This document shows positions 28,038 to 38,090 of a stretch of DNA of 64,000 nucleotides, piece after piece. The position numbers and the translations under genes were made by a program. The DNA lies in NCBI GenBank assembly GCA_016783455.1, contig JADHWN010000010.1, positions 2,913 through 66,912 on the forward strand. The letters are read 5' to 3'. Below the pieces are notes generated by a model. That model did no database searches. It was not told the DNA's origin and saw nothing but the letters and a program-made list of their open reading frames with translations. How positions within the stretch are numbered: the stretch's first letter is position 1; each line of letters starts with the position of its first letter. This stretch comes from Candidatus Bathyarchaeota archaeon (GTDB taxonomy: Archaea > Thermoproteota > Bathyarchaeia > TCS64).

Positions 28038-28170
28038 TGATGACCTACCTCAGATTTACTTTTAATAGGAGTTACTGATTTGAGATACACTAGTTCGTAA
28101 AAAGACTTCTCGTTTCACCTGTAAAGAAAGGTTAAAAGTATCCCATGGAGAGTATTCAGGGACCTGTGGA

Positions 28171-28560
28171 ATGTCTGGTGTGGACGATGAGCTGGAGAGG
28201 CTCAAGAGGCGGAGGATGCTGGAGCTCCAGAGACGGCTCCATAGGTCGGAGAGCAAACCGGAAGTGGAGCCAGAGAAACCCGAGGAGCCCACTCCGGATG
28301 AGGTTCTAGGCCGATTCCTCGTGGGAAGGGCCTGGGAGGTCCTTGGAGCCGCCCGAGCCCAATACCCCAAGGTAATGCCCCAGGTCGAGGAGGCCCTCAT
28401 CGAGGCGTTCAAGGCCGGCAAGATAAAGGAGACCATCGACGGCGGGATGCTGCTGCAGTTCCTCAGACAGGTGGGGCTGTCGGTCAGGGTGCAGACCTCC
28501 ATCAGGTACAAGGATCACGGGGAGCTCAAGACCATAGGGCAGAGGATCAAGGAGAAGTAG
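28171..28560 (+). CDS. PDCD5/TFAR19-like archaeal DNA-binding protein
   Basis: DDELERLKRRRMLELQRR N-terminus and C-terminal helical bundle, 129 aa. Confidence 0.8.
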   Translation: MSGVDDELERLKRRRMLELQRRLHRSESKPEVEPEKPEEPTPDEVLGRFLVGRAWEVLGAARAQYPKVMPQVEEALIEAFKAGKIKETIDGGMLLQFLRQVGLSVRVQTSIRYKDHGELKTIGQRIKEK

Positions 28561-28689
28561 TTGCTCTCAGAAGCTAAGAGTAACATAATTCAATTAAACT
28601 AAAAGCATGTTTTTAAGCTACCAAAAAAATGGATTACTTGAACCTCTTTCTCGAAAAAATTTCCAGTTATAAAAAGGAAAATAGGGGTT

Positions 28690-30531
28690 TCAGAGATTCT
28701 CCATGTCCTTCACGACGTGTCCCAGCCCAAGCTCCTCCAGAGTCTCGGGCAGGGGTATCCCTGTCTCGGTGTCCCACCCCATCAACCCATAGTAGTTGCG
28801 GAGCATGGCGTCCCAGTGGGGAAGGATGCTGATCCCAACCGTGGGTCCGTCGACGGGCGTAGAGCCGTAGCGTGTTGAGGGCCTGTCGTACTCGGCGCTG
28901 ATGCCGGTTCTCAGGTTGTATGCCCTCATCAGGTTCACGGCCCTGAGGCCGACCTGCTTCCCCTCCTCGGCGGTGAAGTCCCAACCAGTTGCAGCGGCGA
29001 CGGCCTCCGATATATTCGCTTTGTTCATCCGGGTGTTGAACCGGCAGGTGCCCACCGAGTCCTCCAACTGCATCAGCCCCTTCGTCCGCGCTACCTCAGT
29101 GGAGACCTCCATGGGGTTCTCGGGCCCCTGGGCCCCCGGTCCCATCACGCTCATGTGGGTCTCGATGGTGCTCGTGTTGGAGACGCAGGTGTCGAACATC
29201 TCCGCCCACCGGGTCCTGTGGTCGTGCCCCCTCGGCGTGTTCCCCTTCATGGTGTAGATAGCAGCATTCGCAGCCTCGCCTCCTATCTCCTCGGAGGCTC
29301 TCTTCACCCCCTCCGCCAGGAGTTCGCCGAAGCCCCGGCGCTCCGAGACCATCTTGAGGAGCTCCACGATGCCGTTGACGTCGCCCCATCTGATCTCGAA
29401 GCCCCCTGTCTGCTCCTTGGTGATCCAGCCCTTCTCGAAGCATTCCATGAGCCACCCCGTCAGCCATCCGGCCTCGTTGTTCTCCAGGCCCAGCCTGTCG
29501 GTGAGGCCGGAGAGCATCATCGTCGCCTCGACGTCGTCCACGTCGACGACAGGCCCCCAGGCGGCCATCTGCTCGTACTCGGGCTCCTCGACGATCCCGG
29601 CGTAGGACCCCTCCTCGATCCTGAACATGGTGCAGTGGAGGAGCCTACACCCCCAGCATGGCTCCCTCTCGACCTGATACTTCTCCCTGAGGTAAGAGGT
29701 ACCGAAGGCGTCTATGTCCTCGTCTGAGATCTCCCAGACGTTCGTCGAGTAGTTCTTGACTGGGAGGGCCCCTGAGCCCTGCTTCTTCATGCTCTCGACG
29801 AGGCCGATGGTACCGTTGAAGTACTCCACGTCCTCGTACATCCTCTGGGCAACCTCCTTCAGCCCCTCGGGATCCGCTATCTCGGGGCTGCCGCTGCTCC
29901 TGAAAGCCATGATCGCCTTCAGCTTCTTGGAGCCCAGGACGGCGCCCGAGCCATTATGGGAGGCCGAGTGACCGTGGTCCACGAAGACCCCTGTCCACCT
30001 GACGAGGTTCTCCCCCGCCGGGCCGATGGAGAGGACGCTGGCGCTCCTCCCCCTGACGTCGTAGGACTTCCTGAGGTAGTCCCCCACCTCGTAGGTGTCG
30101 AGGCCCATGATGTCGTCTGCGTCCTTCAGCTCGGCTCCTCCGTCCCTTATGACGAGGTACTTCCAGCTCTCCGAAGCCCCCTGAACGATGATGCCGTCGT
30201 ATCCGGAGAACCTCAGGTAGGCGCCAAAGAGGCCGTTGGCCTGGACCGACGTGGATCCACCGGTCATGGCGCCCTTGGTGACGATGGATATTGTTCCGGA
30301 TCCCCCGACGGCTGTGCCCCCCAAGGGTCCACTGCCTATGGTGACCCTGTTGACGGGGTCCGACCAGTCGGCGTCTGGGGGTACCTCCTCGTACAGGATC
30401 TTGGCGCCTATCCCCGTGCCGCCGAGATACTTCCTCAGTGTGGCCTCGTCGAAGACCTCGTCACTGAGCTTCCCCTCGGACATGTCGACGCGCAGGAACT
30501 TCCCCGCATATCCCTTGATCTTGCTAGGCAT
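28690..30531 (-). CDS. aor: aldehyde:ferredoxin oxidoreductase family (tungstopterin) enzyme
   Basis: 613 aa. GYAGKFLRVDMSEGK N-terminus, SVGTCRF cluster region and overall AOR N/C domain layout. Confidence 0.9.
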   Translation of the reverse strand: MPSKIKGYAGKFLRVDMSEGKLSDEVFDEATLRKYLGGTGIGAKILYEEVPPDADWSDPVNRVTIGSGPLGGTAVGGSGTISIVTKGAMTGGSTSVQANGLFGAYLRFSGYDGIIVQGASESWKYLVIRDGGAELKDADDIMGLDTYEVGDYLRKSYDVRGRSASVLSIGPAGENLVRWTGVFVDHGHSASHNGSGAVLGSKKLKAIMAFRSSGSPEIADPEGLKEVAQRMYEDVEYFNGTIGLVESMKKQGSGALPVKNYSTNVWEISDEDIDAFGTSYLREKYQVEREPCWGCRLLHCTMFRIEEGSYAGIVEEPEYEQMAAWGPVVDVDDVEATMMLSGLTDRLGLENNEAGWLTGWLMECFEKGWITKEQTGGFEIRWGDVNGIVELLKMVSERRGFGELLAEGVKRASEEIGGEAANAAIYTMKGNTPRGHDHRTRWAEMFDTCVSNTSTIETHMSVMGPGAQGPENPMEVSTEVARTKGLMQLEDSVGTCRFNTRMNKANISEAVAAATGWDFTAEEGKQVGLRAVNLMRAYNLRTGISAEYDRPSTRYGSTPVDGPTVGISILPHWDAMLRNYYGLMGWDTETGIPLPETLEELGLGHVVKDMENL

Positions 30532-30635
30532 AGAATCAAGATGTTCTTGTCTCTATGAATACAAATAGTTTCCCCGTCGAGCGTAAACCCCCTTTTTCAG
30601 TAATCGTAATTAATGCAGGCAATCGATTCTATCCC

Positions 30636-30881
30636 ATGCGCAGGCGCAAGCCGGTGAACCGGCTGGTCGAGAAGGCCGAGAGGATGCTGAGGACCGGCCG
30701 CGTGGAGAGCATGGGGGGTGGCAGGTTCAACGTCATCGGGGACCACGGCACGTACAACGTCGTCCGGAAGCCCGAGGGGAAGGTCTCATGCACCTGCCCC
30801 GGGTTCAGGGAGAAGAGGATCTGCTCCCACTCCACGGCTGTCCTGATGATAAATCGTAAGAATCGGCCTCGTCGACGCTGA
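30636..30881 (+). CDS. small SWIM zinc-finger protein
   Basis: CTCPGFREKRICSH fits the CxCx(n)CxH SWIM motif. Start taken at ATG 30636 (MRRRKPV) rather than the listed 30555. Confidence 0.6.
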   Translation: MRRRKPVNRLVEKAERMLRTGRVESMGGGRFNVIGDHGTYNVVRKPEGKVSCTCPGFREKRICSHSTAVLMINRKNRPRRR

Positions 30882-30912
30882 ACCCCTTATACAGGGTATA
30901 AAAAAGTGGAGG

Positions 30913-32250
30913 TTATCTTTTTGTCAGCTTTTCGAAAGGTACGGAGGGCTCTTTGTTGTACTTGTAGCCGCCTTCGGGGATCCAGGTCCCGAACTTCTTC
31001 ACCCCTTTGGCCAGGTAGTGGCCTATTGGGCGCTCGGGGCTGAGCCTGGGGAAGCAGTAGTCGGCCTCGATGTCCGAGACGGGGGGCAGCACCAGCTCGT
31101 ACTCCTTGGAGCCCGACCCCAGGTGGCTGCAGGTGTTGGCTGTTACCCATTGGCTCATCCCTACGATCCCGGTGAACTTTTCGACCCCTGGCTCCATGAC
31201 CTCCTTCTCCTCCGCCATTGAACCGGGGATCCCGGGGGCTTTGTCGGCCATGTCCAGGGCGGCGACGTCGATGGCGACCATGTCCCGGGAGGCGAAGACT
31301 CCCAGATTGGGGAGGACCGGTCTGTCGGATCCGGGGGCACAGTCACAGGCGGGGGTGATGTCGATGGCGTAGGTCAGGAAGCCGACGTGCTCCTCCCCCA
31401 TGTAGCGGAGGTAGGCTGTAGAGGCATCTCCCATGGCGATGAGGAACCAGGTCTTCCACTCCTCGTAGGTCTCCTTGCCCCAGACGTCGCAGCGGAAGAA
31501 GGGGCGCTGGTGGCCGAAGCAGCCAATGCAGGCCTCCCTGTCCCACTCCATATGGTCCTTCTCTATACGTATCGCCCCGACGGGGCAGATGTTCTTGCAG
31601 ACGACTGCGTCCGGGCACTCCTCTCCGATGCAGTTCTCCCCATGGAAGCTCCACTTGTCCCATCCGATCTCCGGGTGGGTCGTGAGATGGACGTTCAACT
31701 TCCCCCTCTTGGAGCTGCAGCCAATGGCAACATTCTTGATGCTCCCCCCGTAGACGCCGCTGCCGTGACCCTTGAAATGGTTGACGACGATCATGGCGTC
31801 CGCGTCAGCTATACCCTTCGCGAGGAACCCCTCCTTCAGGAGGAGGCCATCGGGGAGATCGACCCTCACGTCCTCTGTTCCGTACATGCCGTCGGCGATG
31901 ATAATCGGGCAGCCCATGGAGTCCGGGGTGAAGCCGTTGGCGGCCGCCGTCTCAAGGTGGAACTGGGCGGTGCTCCTGGAACAGTAATGCATGTAGGGGG
32001 CGGTGGTGGTGTCGGTGACGAAGGGTATCCCCCCGTGCTCTTTCACCTTGTCCACGATGGCTCTAATCAGGATGGGCCTCAGATACGCGGAGTTGTACCA
32101 CTCTCCCATGTGGCACTTGATGGCGACCGAGTCACTTGGCTCGAAGCATCCACCTAGATTGGCGTGGTCAAAGAGCTGCTGGGCCTTCGCAGGGAGGCTC
32201 GTGGGAAGTCCAGCGTATCGATCGTCCATGAAATAAACCTTGCTTGCCAT
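30913..32250 (-). CDS. DUF362-family protein with inserted 4Fe-4S ferredoxin-like segment
   Basis: N-terminal VAIKCHMGEW..IPFVTDT pattern typical of DUF362, plus a Cys-rich insert (CPDAVVCKNICPVGAI, CIGC). Confidence 0.7.
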   Translation of the reverse strand: MASKVYFMDDRYAGLPTSLPAKAQQLFDHANLGGCFEPSDSVAIKCHMGEWYNSAYLRPILIRAIVDKVKEHGGIPFVTDTTTAPYMHYCSRSTAQFHLETAAANGFTPDSMGCPIIIADGMYGTEDVRVDLPDGLLLKEGFLAKGIADADAMIVVNHFKGHGSGVYGGSIKNVAIGCSSKRGKLNVHLTTHPEIGWDKWSFHGENCIGEECPDAVVCKNICPVGAIRIEKDHMEWDREACIGCFGHQRPFFRCDVWGKETYEEWKTWFLIAMGDASTAYLRYMGEEHVGFLTYAIDITPACDCAPGSDRPVLPNLGVFASRDMVAIDVAALDMADKAPGIPGSMAEEKEVMEPGVEKFTGIVGMSQWVTANTCSHLGSGSKEYELVLPPVSDIEADYCFPRLSPERPIGHYLAKGVKKFGTWIPEGGYKYNKEPSVPFEKLTKR

Positions 32251-32352
32251 GTTTCAAACTCTCCAGAACTTTCGTTTCAGAATCGAGTCGAAGTTGTATA
32301 TAATACTCAGTGGCGTTATGCCAGGGACTTGTGGCACTCCTAGCTAAGGGCT

Positions 32353-32688
32353 CTAGGTGACCACCATGCTCCGCTTGCGGATCTCGTCGCTGATCCTCTT
32401 CGCCTGGACCTCAACCTCTGTCAACGCCTCCTCGAGGCCAGAGCCGGACTCCACGGCGCCTAGAAGCTTCAGGGACGCCTCGCCGTAGTCGGAGAGCATC
32501 TCCTTCCCGGCCTTGGTCCTGAGCCAGATCTTCCTCTCGTTCTGGATGAGGGTGTTACGCGCCGCCTGGAGGCGAGTCAGTAGATCCCTCAACTCGCTCT
32601 CCGACGCTTTGCTCGAGCCCCTGAGTGCCTCCATGACGCGCTCCAACGTCGACTTCGCCGTCTCCAAGCTCTCACCCATACATCTCAC
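32353..32688 (-). CDS. hypothetical helical/coiled-coil protein
   Basis: 111-aa ORF whose start overlaps the stop of the upstream epimerase gene by 4 nt. Glu/Leu/Arg-rich. No family recognised. Confidence 0.45.
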   Translation of the reverse strand: MRCMGESLETAKSTLERVMEALRGSSKASESELRDLLTRLQAARNTLIQNERKIWLRTKAGKEMLSDYGEASLKLLGAVESGSGLEEALTEVEVQAKRISDEIRKRSMVVT

Positions 32689-33542
32689 CTCAGCCCCAGC
32701 TGCTCCCCCAACGCCTTTAACATCCCCAGAAACCCATTAAAGTTTAATCCCTGGTATCCGAGGAAGAGCCCCTGGCTGGTGTCATACCAGTCGACGGCGG
32801 TGTACTCATCCGAGAATCTGGGCTCGACCTCGACTCCGAGTGCGTCATAGAATCTTTGTATATATTCTGCTCCCGTCATCCGCCAGGTAGGGCCACCCGC
32901 GATAATGAATGTCTTCCCCGTCGCCTCGCTCTCATACAAGGCGGAGAGGAGGGCACGAGCGGCATCCTCGACGTAGATGAGCTCCACCCGCTGGTCCCCG
33001 CGATAGGGAATCGTCTCAGGGAGCTCCACCAGGTCCGCCACGGCGATGGGGGCTATCCGGAGGGTCACGTGGTCGACCCCGGAATCCCTTATCAAGCGCT
33101 CCGCTTTGATCTTGCTCTCCGAGTAGCAGTCGTGGGCCTGGAGTGGATGGCTGGTCAGGACTGGGGGCTCCTCCATAGCTGTGATCCCGTACGTCGCGAC
33201 CGATGACGCGAATATGAGGGAAGCTCCCGTCGATCCTATGGCTTCGACGATCTTCGCTGTCCCCTTGACGTTCACCCTCATGGTGAGCTCCCTGTTTGAC
33301 TCGCTCCTTGGAGGGAGCAACGCCGCAAGGTGTATGACAGCATCGATGCCCTTGATCGCCTCTGATACCTGCTTCCCATCGGTCACGTCCCCGGGGAGCA
33401 AATCTACACCCGGCACACCCTTGACCGCCTCCCATGAGACCTGGGGAAGGTCGAAAGCGACAGCGGAGTCACCCCTAGAGGCTATCTGCTTGACGACCTC
33501 GCTTCCCAGACGCCCTGCCCCACCGGTCACAAGGACCCTCAA
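32685..33542 (-). CDS. NAD-dependent epimerase/dehydratase (extended SDR)
   Basis: MRVLVTGGAGRLGS glycine-rich NAD motif, YSESK catalytic region, 285 aa. Confidence 0.85.
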   Translation of the reverse strand: MRVLVTGGAGRLGSEVVKQIASRGDSAVAFDLPQVSWEAVKGVPGVDLLPGDVTDGKQVSEAIKGIDAVIHLAALLPPRSESNRELTMRVNVKGTAKIVEAIGSTGASLIFASSVATYGITAMEEPPVLTSHPLQAHDCYSESKIKAERLIRDSGVDHVTLRIAPIAVADLVELPETIPYRGDQRVELIYVEDAARALLSALYESEATGKTFIIAGGPTWRMTGAEYIQRFYDALGVEVEPRFSDEYTAVDWYDTSQGLFLGYQGLNFNGFLGMLKALGEQLGLR

Positions 33543-33563
33543 ATTATCCTCTCCAACATTCCC

Positions 33564-35207
33564 TTAGATTCCTCCGGGTATCCCCGTCCTCCGTGGGTCG
33601 GCTACGCCGCCCAGCATCCCCTTCTCCCTGTCACGCCACACCACCTGCATGGACCCCATCCGCCAGTTGTAGGTGCCCAGGGGCTTGGTGACGATCCCCA
33701 TCCTCGCAAGCTCCTTGAGCACGTCTGCGCCGATCCTGCTCTCGACCTCCAGCGTGCCGTCGTCGTTGAGGGGCCAGAACCTCGGGGCGTCCACGGCTGA
33801 GTAGGGGTCCATCCCGTACTCCAGGATGTTGAGAAGGGCCTGGGGCACCGTGAATATGCAGTCTCCGGGTGAGCCTATGGCAAGCCAGGGGCTCCCTTCA
33901 TCGAGGACGAGGGTGTTGGCGATGGCATGCCTCGTCCGGGCGCCTGGCTCCACGATCCAGCCGAACCTCCCCGTCCCCGTCTCCACTTCTGTCTTGACGG
34001 TGGTGCCGCTGTTCTTCACGCCGTCGACGACCAGGCCGGGGATGCCGCCTCCGTTCCCCGTGTTCATCATCTCCACCCAGTTCCCCTCCTCGTCGACGAT
34101 GCTCAGCTCACAGCTGTCGTGGACCCTCCTGTTGCCCGATGGGAGGCCCGCCGCCATGGCGGTCTCGCCCACTGTGAGCCTGAGGAACTCGGTTAGGTCC
34201 ACTTTGGGGCGACTGCCCTTCCATAGCTCGGCTATCATGCGATGGTAGTCCTTGGAGAGGAGGACCTCCACGGGTACGTCGTAGAACTGGGGGTCATGGA
34301 TTAGGGCCTTCTCCGTGTGAGCCCTGCTCATCGCCCAGGCGATCAATGCGAGGGCGTCCGCGGACTCCGTGTAGTGGCCCATGGAGCCTAGGTCGAACTC
34401 CTCCAGGATGCCGTAGATGTACCCCATGTAGAGGGCCCCCCTCTGGGGCGGGGGGATGCCGATTATCTCCGTGTCCCGGTACTTGAATCTCAGGGGATCC
34501 AGCCAGATGGGCTCGTACGCGGCCAAGTGCTCCATGGTGATGGGCCAGCCGTGCTCGTTGCCCGCATCGACCATGTGCTTCGCCCAGTCCCCCTTCGTGA
34601 AGTACTCCGGGCCCTCCTCCGCCGATCTCCGCAGGGTCTCCGCCAATTGGGGCATCCTCCAGCGCTCCCCGACCGGGATGAGGAAGCCGTCGGGGGTGTA
34701 GAAGTCCCGCCCCGACGGGAAGTAGGTGATGGAGCTGAGGGAGGCGTGGAGGTAGCCGTACTGCCAGGAGCTCATCACCGCCCCCTCCCTGGCCGCCCTC
34801 ACCGCCGGCTCCATGAGTGTCGACCAGGGCTTGGACCCGAACCTCTCAAGTATCGAAGCCAGGCCCGGGATGAACCCCGGGATGCAGGCGGCGTTGTCCG
34901 AGGAGTGGGGGTTGGGGGTGGAGATCCTGAGGTCCCCCGGGAGCTCGGCCGAGGCGTCCATGAAGTAGGCCCTCTCCGTCTCCGCGTCCCAGTACAGGGT
35001 CACCACAGTTCCAGCGTGGTTGGTCTGATGGACCTCGTGGACCGGCTGCACGAGGCTCCCGGCCACGGCGGCGTCGATGGCGTTCCCACCGTCTCTCAGG
35101 ACGTCCAGCATTACCTTGGTCACCGCCGGGTGGGAGCTGCTCACCATCGCTCTATTGGACCAGGCCACGGGCTTGGGCCCCTGGTTGGGCAAAGAAACAG
35201 ACATCAA
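33564..35207 (-). CDS. gamma-glutamyltranspeptidase-family Ntn hydrolase (no signal peptide seen)
   Basis: 547 aa. MVSSSHPAVTKV..GGNAIDAAVA N-terminal pattern, then DSCELSIVDEEGNW aligning to the autoprocessing TTHxSVVDxxGN segment. Confidence 0.8.
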   Translation of the reverse strand: MMSVSLPNQGPKPVAWSNRAMVSSSHPAVTKVMLDVLRDGGNAIDAAVAGSLVQPVHEVHQTNHAGTVVTLYWDAETERAYFMDASAELPGDLRISTPNPHSSDNAACIPGFIPGLASILERFGSKPWSTLMEPAVRAAREGAVMSSWQYGYLHASLSSITYFPSGRDFYTPDGFLIPVGERWRMPQLAETLRRSAEEGPEYFTKGDWAKHMVDAGNEHGWPITMEHLAAYEPIWLDPLRFKYRDTEIIGIPPPQRGALYMGYIYGILEEFDLGSMGHYTESADALALIAWAMSRAHTEKALIHDPQFYDVPVEVLLSKDYHRMIAELWKGSRPKVDLTEFLRLTVGETAMAAGLPSGNRRVHDSCELSIVDEEGNWVEMMNTGNGGGIPGLVVDGVKNSGTTVKTEVETGTGRFGWIVEPGARTRHAIANTLVLDEGSPWLAIGSPGDCIFTVPQALLNILEYGMDPYSAVDAPRFWPLNDDGTLEVESRIGADVLKELARMGIVTKPLGTYNWRMGSMQVVWRDREKGMLGGVADPRRTGIPGGI

Positions 35208-35382
35208 TATTCAGGGGAACCAGACACTATTAGAGATTTTCAGTGGGCCTCCTAACTACCAGTTTTTTCATCTTCTGGGCGGTACGCCAAGGTACTCCTC
35301 CTGCCTCACGGTGAGGGTCTCATACACCTGCTAGGCTTCAAGCCCACATCGCCATAACTGTTATAGCCAATTTGGTTCAAAC

Positions 35383-36933
35383 GTGATTGGACTAGGGGGA
35401 TTCTCATTGTCAAGAAATGCAGGCCCGGAAGCAGGAAACTTTGTCTCGGCACCACCCAGGTACCGGTTCAGGCCCCTGGATTACCCGCCCAAGCCCGTCC
35501 CCGATGAGGAACTGGAGGGGCTCGAGACAGAGCTCGCCGGGTACAGGATGAGGACACCCTTCGGCGTAGGGGCGATAGGCGCCATCGAGCGCAACGGCTT
35601 CAGGAGCCCTGAGGAACTCGCTGAGCTATACCTGAGGCATCTGGAGGCCGGCGGGGGACACGTGAACCTCTGCAGCCTCATGTACTTCTCCGCCGAGGCC
35701 GAGGCGGAGCTCCTCTCCAAGACCCGGAAGAAGGACTGGGAGGTGCTCTGGAGGAAGCTGGGGAAGCCTGCGCCCACGCCGTTCGTCTACGGGTACGGCT
35801 GGGGCACCTCCTGGGGCTTCTTGGCGATGTCCATGGCGACGGGGGGCAAGGACATGCACATCGTCGGCGACGGACGCCACGGCGAGGAACTCCTCAGGGC
35901 CCAGGAGAGGATAGTCGACATCATCAAGGACCGGAGGCCGGACAACGCACCGATAGTCGCCAATGTCCAGGGGTACGGGGGTGTCCCGGAGGGCTACGTC
36001 CCCTCAGCCAAGGCGGCGGAGGAGATAGGGGTCGAGATAATAGAGCTCAACCTCGCCTGTCCCATACCAGCGGGCCTCGTGGGGGCCGTCGACTTCTACC
36101 TCGAGGAGGACTGGCCCGCCTGCGGCCCCGGTCAGTACACCGCGCTGATGAAGCCCGGCATAGGGGATAAGATAGTGGATGCGGTCGTGAAGGCCGTGAG
36201 CATACCCGTGGGGGTGAAGCTCTCCCCGGAGATCACCGGGTTCCCAGCCTGTGTCGAGATGGTCAGGCGCTTCCAGAGGGCCGGTGCCAGGTTCGTCACA
36301 ACGCTGAACAACGGCGTCTCCATCATCCCGCCGGACATCTACAACCGGGGGAGGCCGAGGCTGAGCAACGTCGACAACAACACCTTCTGCGGCCTCAGCG
36401 GCCCAAACCTCCTCCTGGAGAACTACAAGGTGACCGCCGCCATCGTGAGGCACATCCCGGGGATGGAGGTGATGAGCGTCGGGGGCATCTCGACCCCGGA
36501 GAACGTCGTTGAGATGCTGATGCTGGGGGCGAGGGCCACGGAGCAGGTCACCCAGGTGAAGATGAGGGGGCTCCAGACAATCAGGGACGATGTCCGGTTC
36601 CTCCGCTGGTTCCTGGAGGATCAGGGCTACGGGAGCGTCGAGGAGCTAATCGGCATCCACCAGCAGTACATCGGGGGCATCGAGGAGATGTGCGGCCTCG
36701 AGGACGTCACCTACATCGGCGTCACCGACCCCGACAAGTGCGTAGGATGCGGCATCTGCTGTGACATGCCCGACAAGATCTGCAGGACCCTGGTGGACGG
36801 GAAGGCGGTCATGGAGGTCGACCGCTGCAACGGGTGCGGCGTCTGTGCCCTCTGCTGCCCCGTGGGTGCGTGCTCCATGCAGCCCGTGAAGGGGCGGACG
36901 AGGCCGGGGGCCTTCGTCCTGGGCTCATCTTGA
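35383..36933 (+). CDS. dihydroorotate/dihydropyrimidine-dehydrogenase-like TIM-barrel flavoenzyme with C-terminal 2x[4Fe-4S] domain
   Basis: IELNLACP, VKLSPE and SVGGISTPENVVEMLMLGA motifs of the DHOD/DPD (PreA-like) family. C-terminal CVGCGICC...CNGCGVCALCCP. Long atypical N-terminal and internal stretches. Confidence 0.65.
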   Translation: MIGLGGFSLSRNAGPEAGNFVSAPPRYRFRPLDYPPKPVPDEELEGLETELAGYRMRTPFGVGAIGAIERNGFRSPEELAELYLRHLEAGGGHVNLCSLMYFSAEAEAELLSKTRKKDWEVLWRKLGKPAPTPFVYGYGWGTSWGFLAMSMATGGKDMHIVGDGRHGEELLRAQERIVDIIKDRRPDNAPIVANVQGYGGVPEGYVPSAKAAEEIGVEIIELNLACPIPAGLVGAVDFYLEEDWPACGPGQYTALMKPGIGDKIVDAVVKAVSIPVGVKLSPEITGFPACVEMVRRFQRAGARFVTTLNNGVSIIPPDIYNRGRPRLSNVDNNTFCGLSGPNLLLENYKVTAAIVRHIPGMEVMSVGGISTPENVVEMLMLGARATEQVTQVKMRGLQTIRDDVRFLRWFLEDQGYGSVEELIGIHQQYIGGIEEMCGLEDVTYIGVTDPDKCVGCGICCDMPDKICRTLVDGKAVMEVDRCNGCGVCALCCPVGACSMQPVKGRTRPGAFVLGSS

Positions 36934-37014
36934 AGTACACTTTTTCACCATTTCGGATTTTTTCAGTTTATTGGAAATGATAAATACCCATAGCTGAAAC
37001 CTTGTCTTCAACAG

Positions 37015-37980
37015 GTGAATATCTTGTCCGAGAACCTGCCCGAGATGGAGCTCATGAAAGGAGCCATCGACATCCACTTCCACTGCATGCCCGACACCGT
37101 CCAGAGGCGCATGGACGAGGTCGAGATGGCCGAGATGGCCCGGGACTATGGTATGCGGGCCATACTCCTGAAGTGCCACGACACCATGACTTCCGACAGG
37201 GCCTACTACGTCGACAAGATGGTGGAGGAGGTCGACGTCTACGGCGGCGTCGTCCTGAACTATCCCCTCGGAGGCTTCAACCCCCTCGCCGTCGTCGCAA
37301 ACATACAGTTCGGCGGGAAGGCCGTCTGGATGCCCACCCGCTCCGCCGCCTTCTACTGGGAGTACATAGCCAAGAAGGGCGAGAAGGGCTACTACGCCTC
37401 CATCCACAACCCCTACGAGAAGAGGGTGGTGGAGGGCAGCGGCCTTAAAGGCCTCAGGGCCCTAACACCCCAGGGGGAGCTCCTCCCCGAGATCGAGGAG
37501 ATTCTAGGCATCGTCGCCGACGCCGACCTGATGCTGGGCACCGGCCACCTGAACCCCGCGGATGAGCAGAGGGTGCTCCTCGAGGAAGCCCTGAACACCG
37601 GCGTCAAGAAGATCACCATCACCCACCCCCTCATGGACCACCCCCTCGCCCTCATACCCTACAGCAAGGAGGACCTCCTACACTTCACGAGGAAGGGAGT
37701 CTACCTTGACCTGCCCTACATCATGATGTCCGGCTGGAAGTTTGTCACGGGCACCCCCGACGCCCACGAGTCATACTACAGCCCGGCGAGGTACGCCGAG
37801 ATGATCAAGACGGTGGGGGCAGAGCACTGCATCATGTCCACGGACTTCGGCCAGGTGCACAATCCGCCGCCGCCTGAGGGGCTACGGATATTCATTCGGG
37901 CGATGAGGGAGAACGGTATCAGCGACGGCGAGATCAGGATGATGGTGAACGAGAACCCGGGGAAGATGCTGGACATCTAG
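37015..37980 (+). CDS. amidohydrolase-superfamily-like metal hydrolase (DUF-type)
   Basis: AIDIHFHCMPD metal-binding start motif, later GTGH and STDFGQ patterns. The start may be the internal MELMKG. Confidence 0.55.
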   Translation: MNILSENLPEMELMKGAIDIHFHCMPDTVQRRMDEVEMAEMARDYGMRAILLKCHDTMTSDRAYYVDKMVEEVDVYGGVVLNYPLGGFNPLAVVANIQFGGKAVWMPTRSAAFYWEYIAKKGEKGYYASIHNPYEKRVVEGSGLKGLRALTPQGELLPEIEEILGIVADADLMLGTGHLNPADEQRVLLEEALNTGVKKITITHPLMDHPLALIPYSKEDLLHFTRKGVYLDLPYIMMSGWKFVTGTPDAHESYYSPARYAEMIKTVGAEHCIMSTDFGQVHNPPPPEGLRIFIRAMRENGISDGEIRMMVNENPGKMLDI

Positions 37981-38090
37981 CTGCCAGCGTGACTTCAGGC
38001 GTCTGTTAACGGGTGTACGTGGGACAAAGGCACTTTACACCTCACACATTATTATTCGACATATTATCCTCTTCTTAAGAGGAGTAAATC

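Noticed and set aside
28037-28085. Possible C/D-box sRNA (TGATGA ... CTGA).
   Set aside because: Only one box pair is present, with about 33 nt between them. There are no internal D'/C' boxes or terminal stem, and the C box overlaps the start region of the response-regulator gene.
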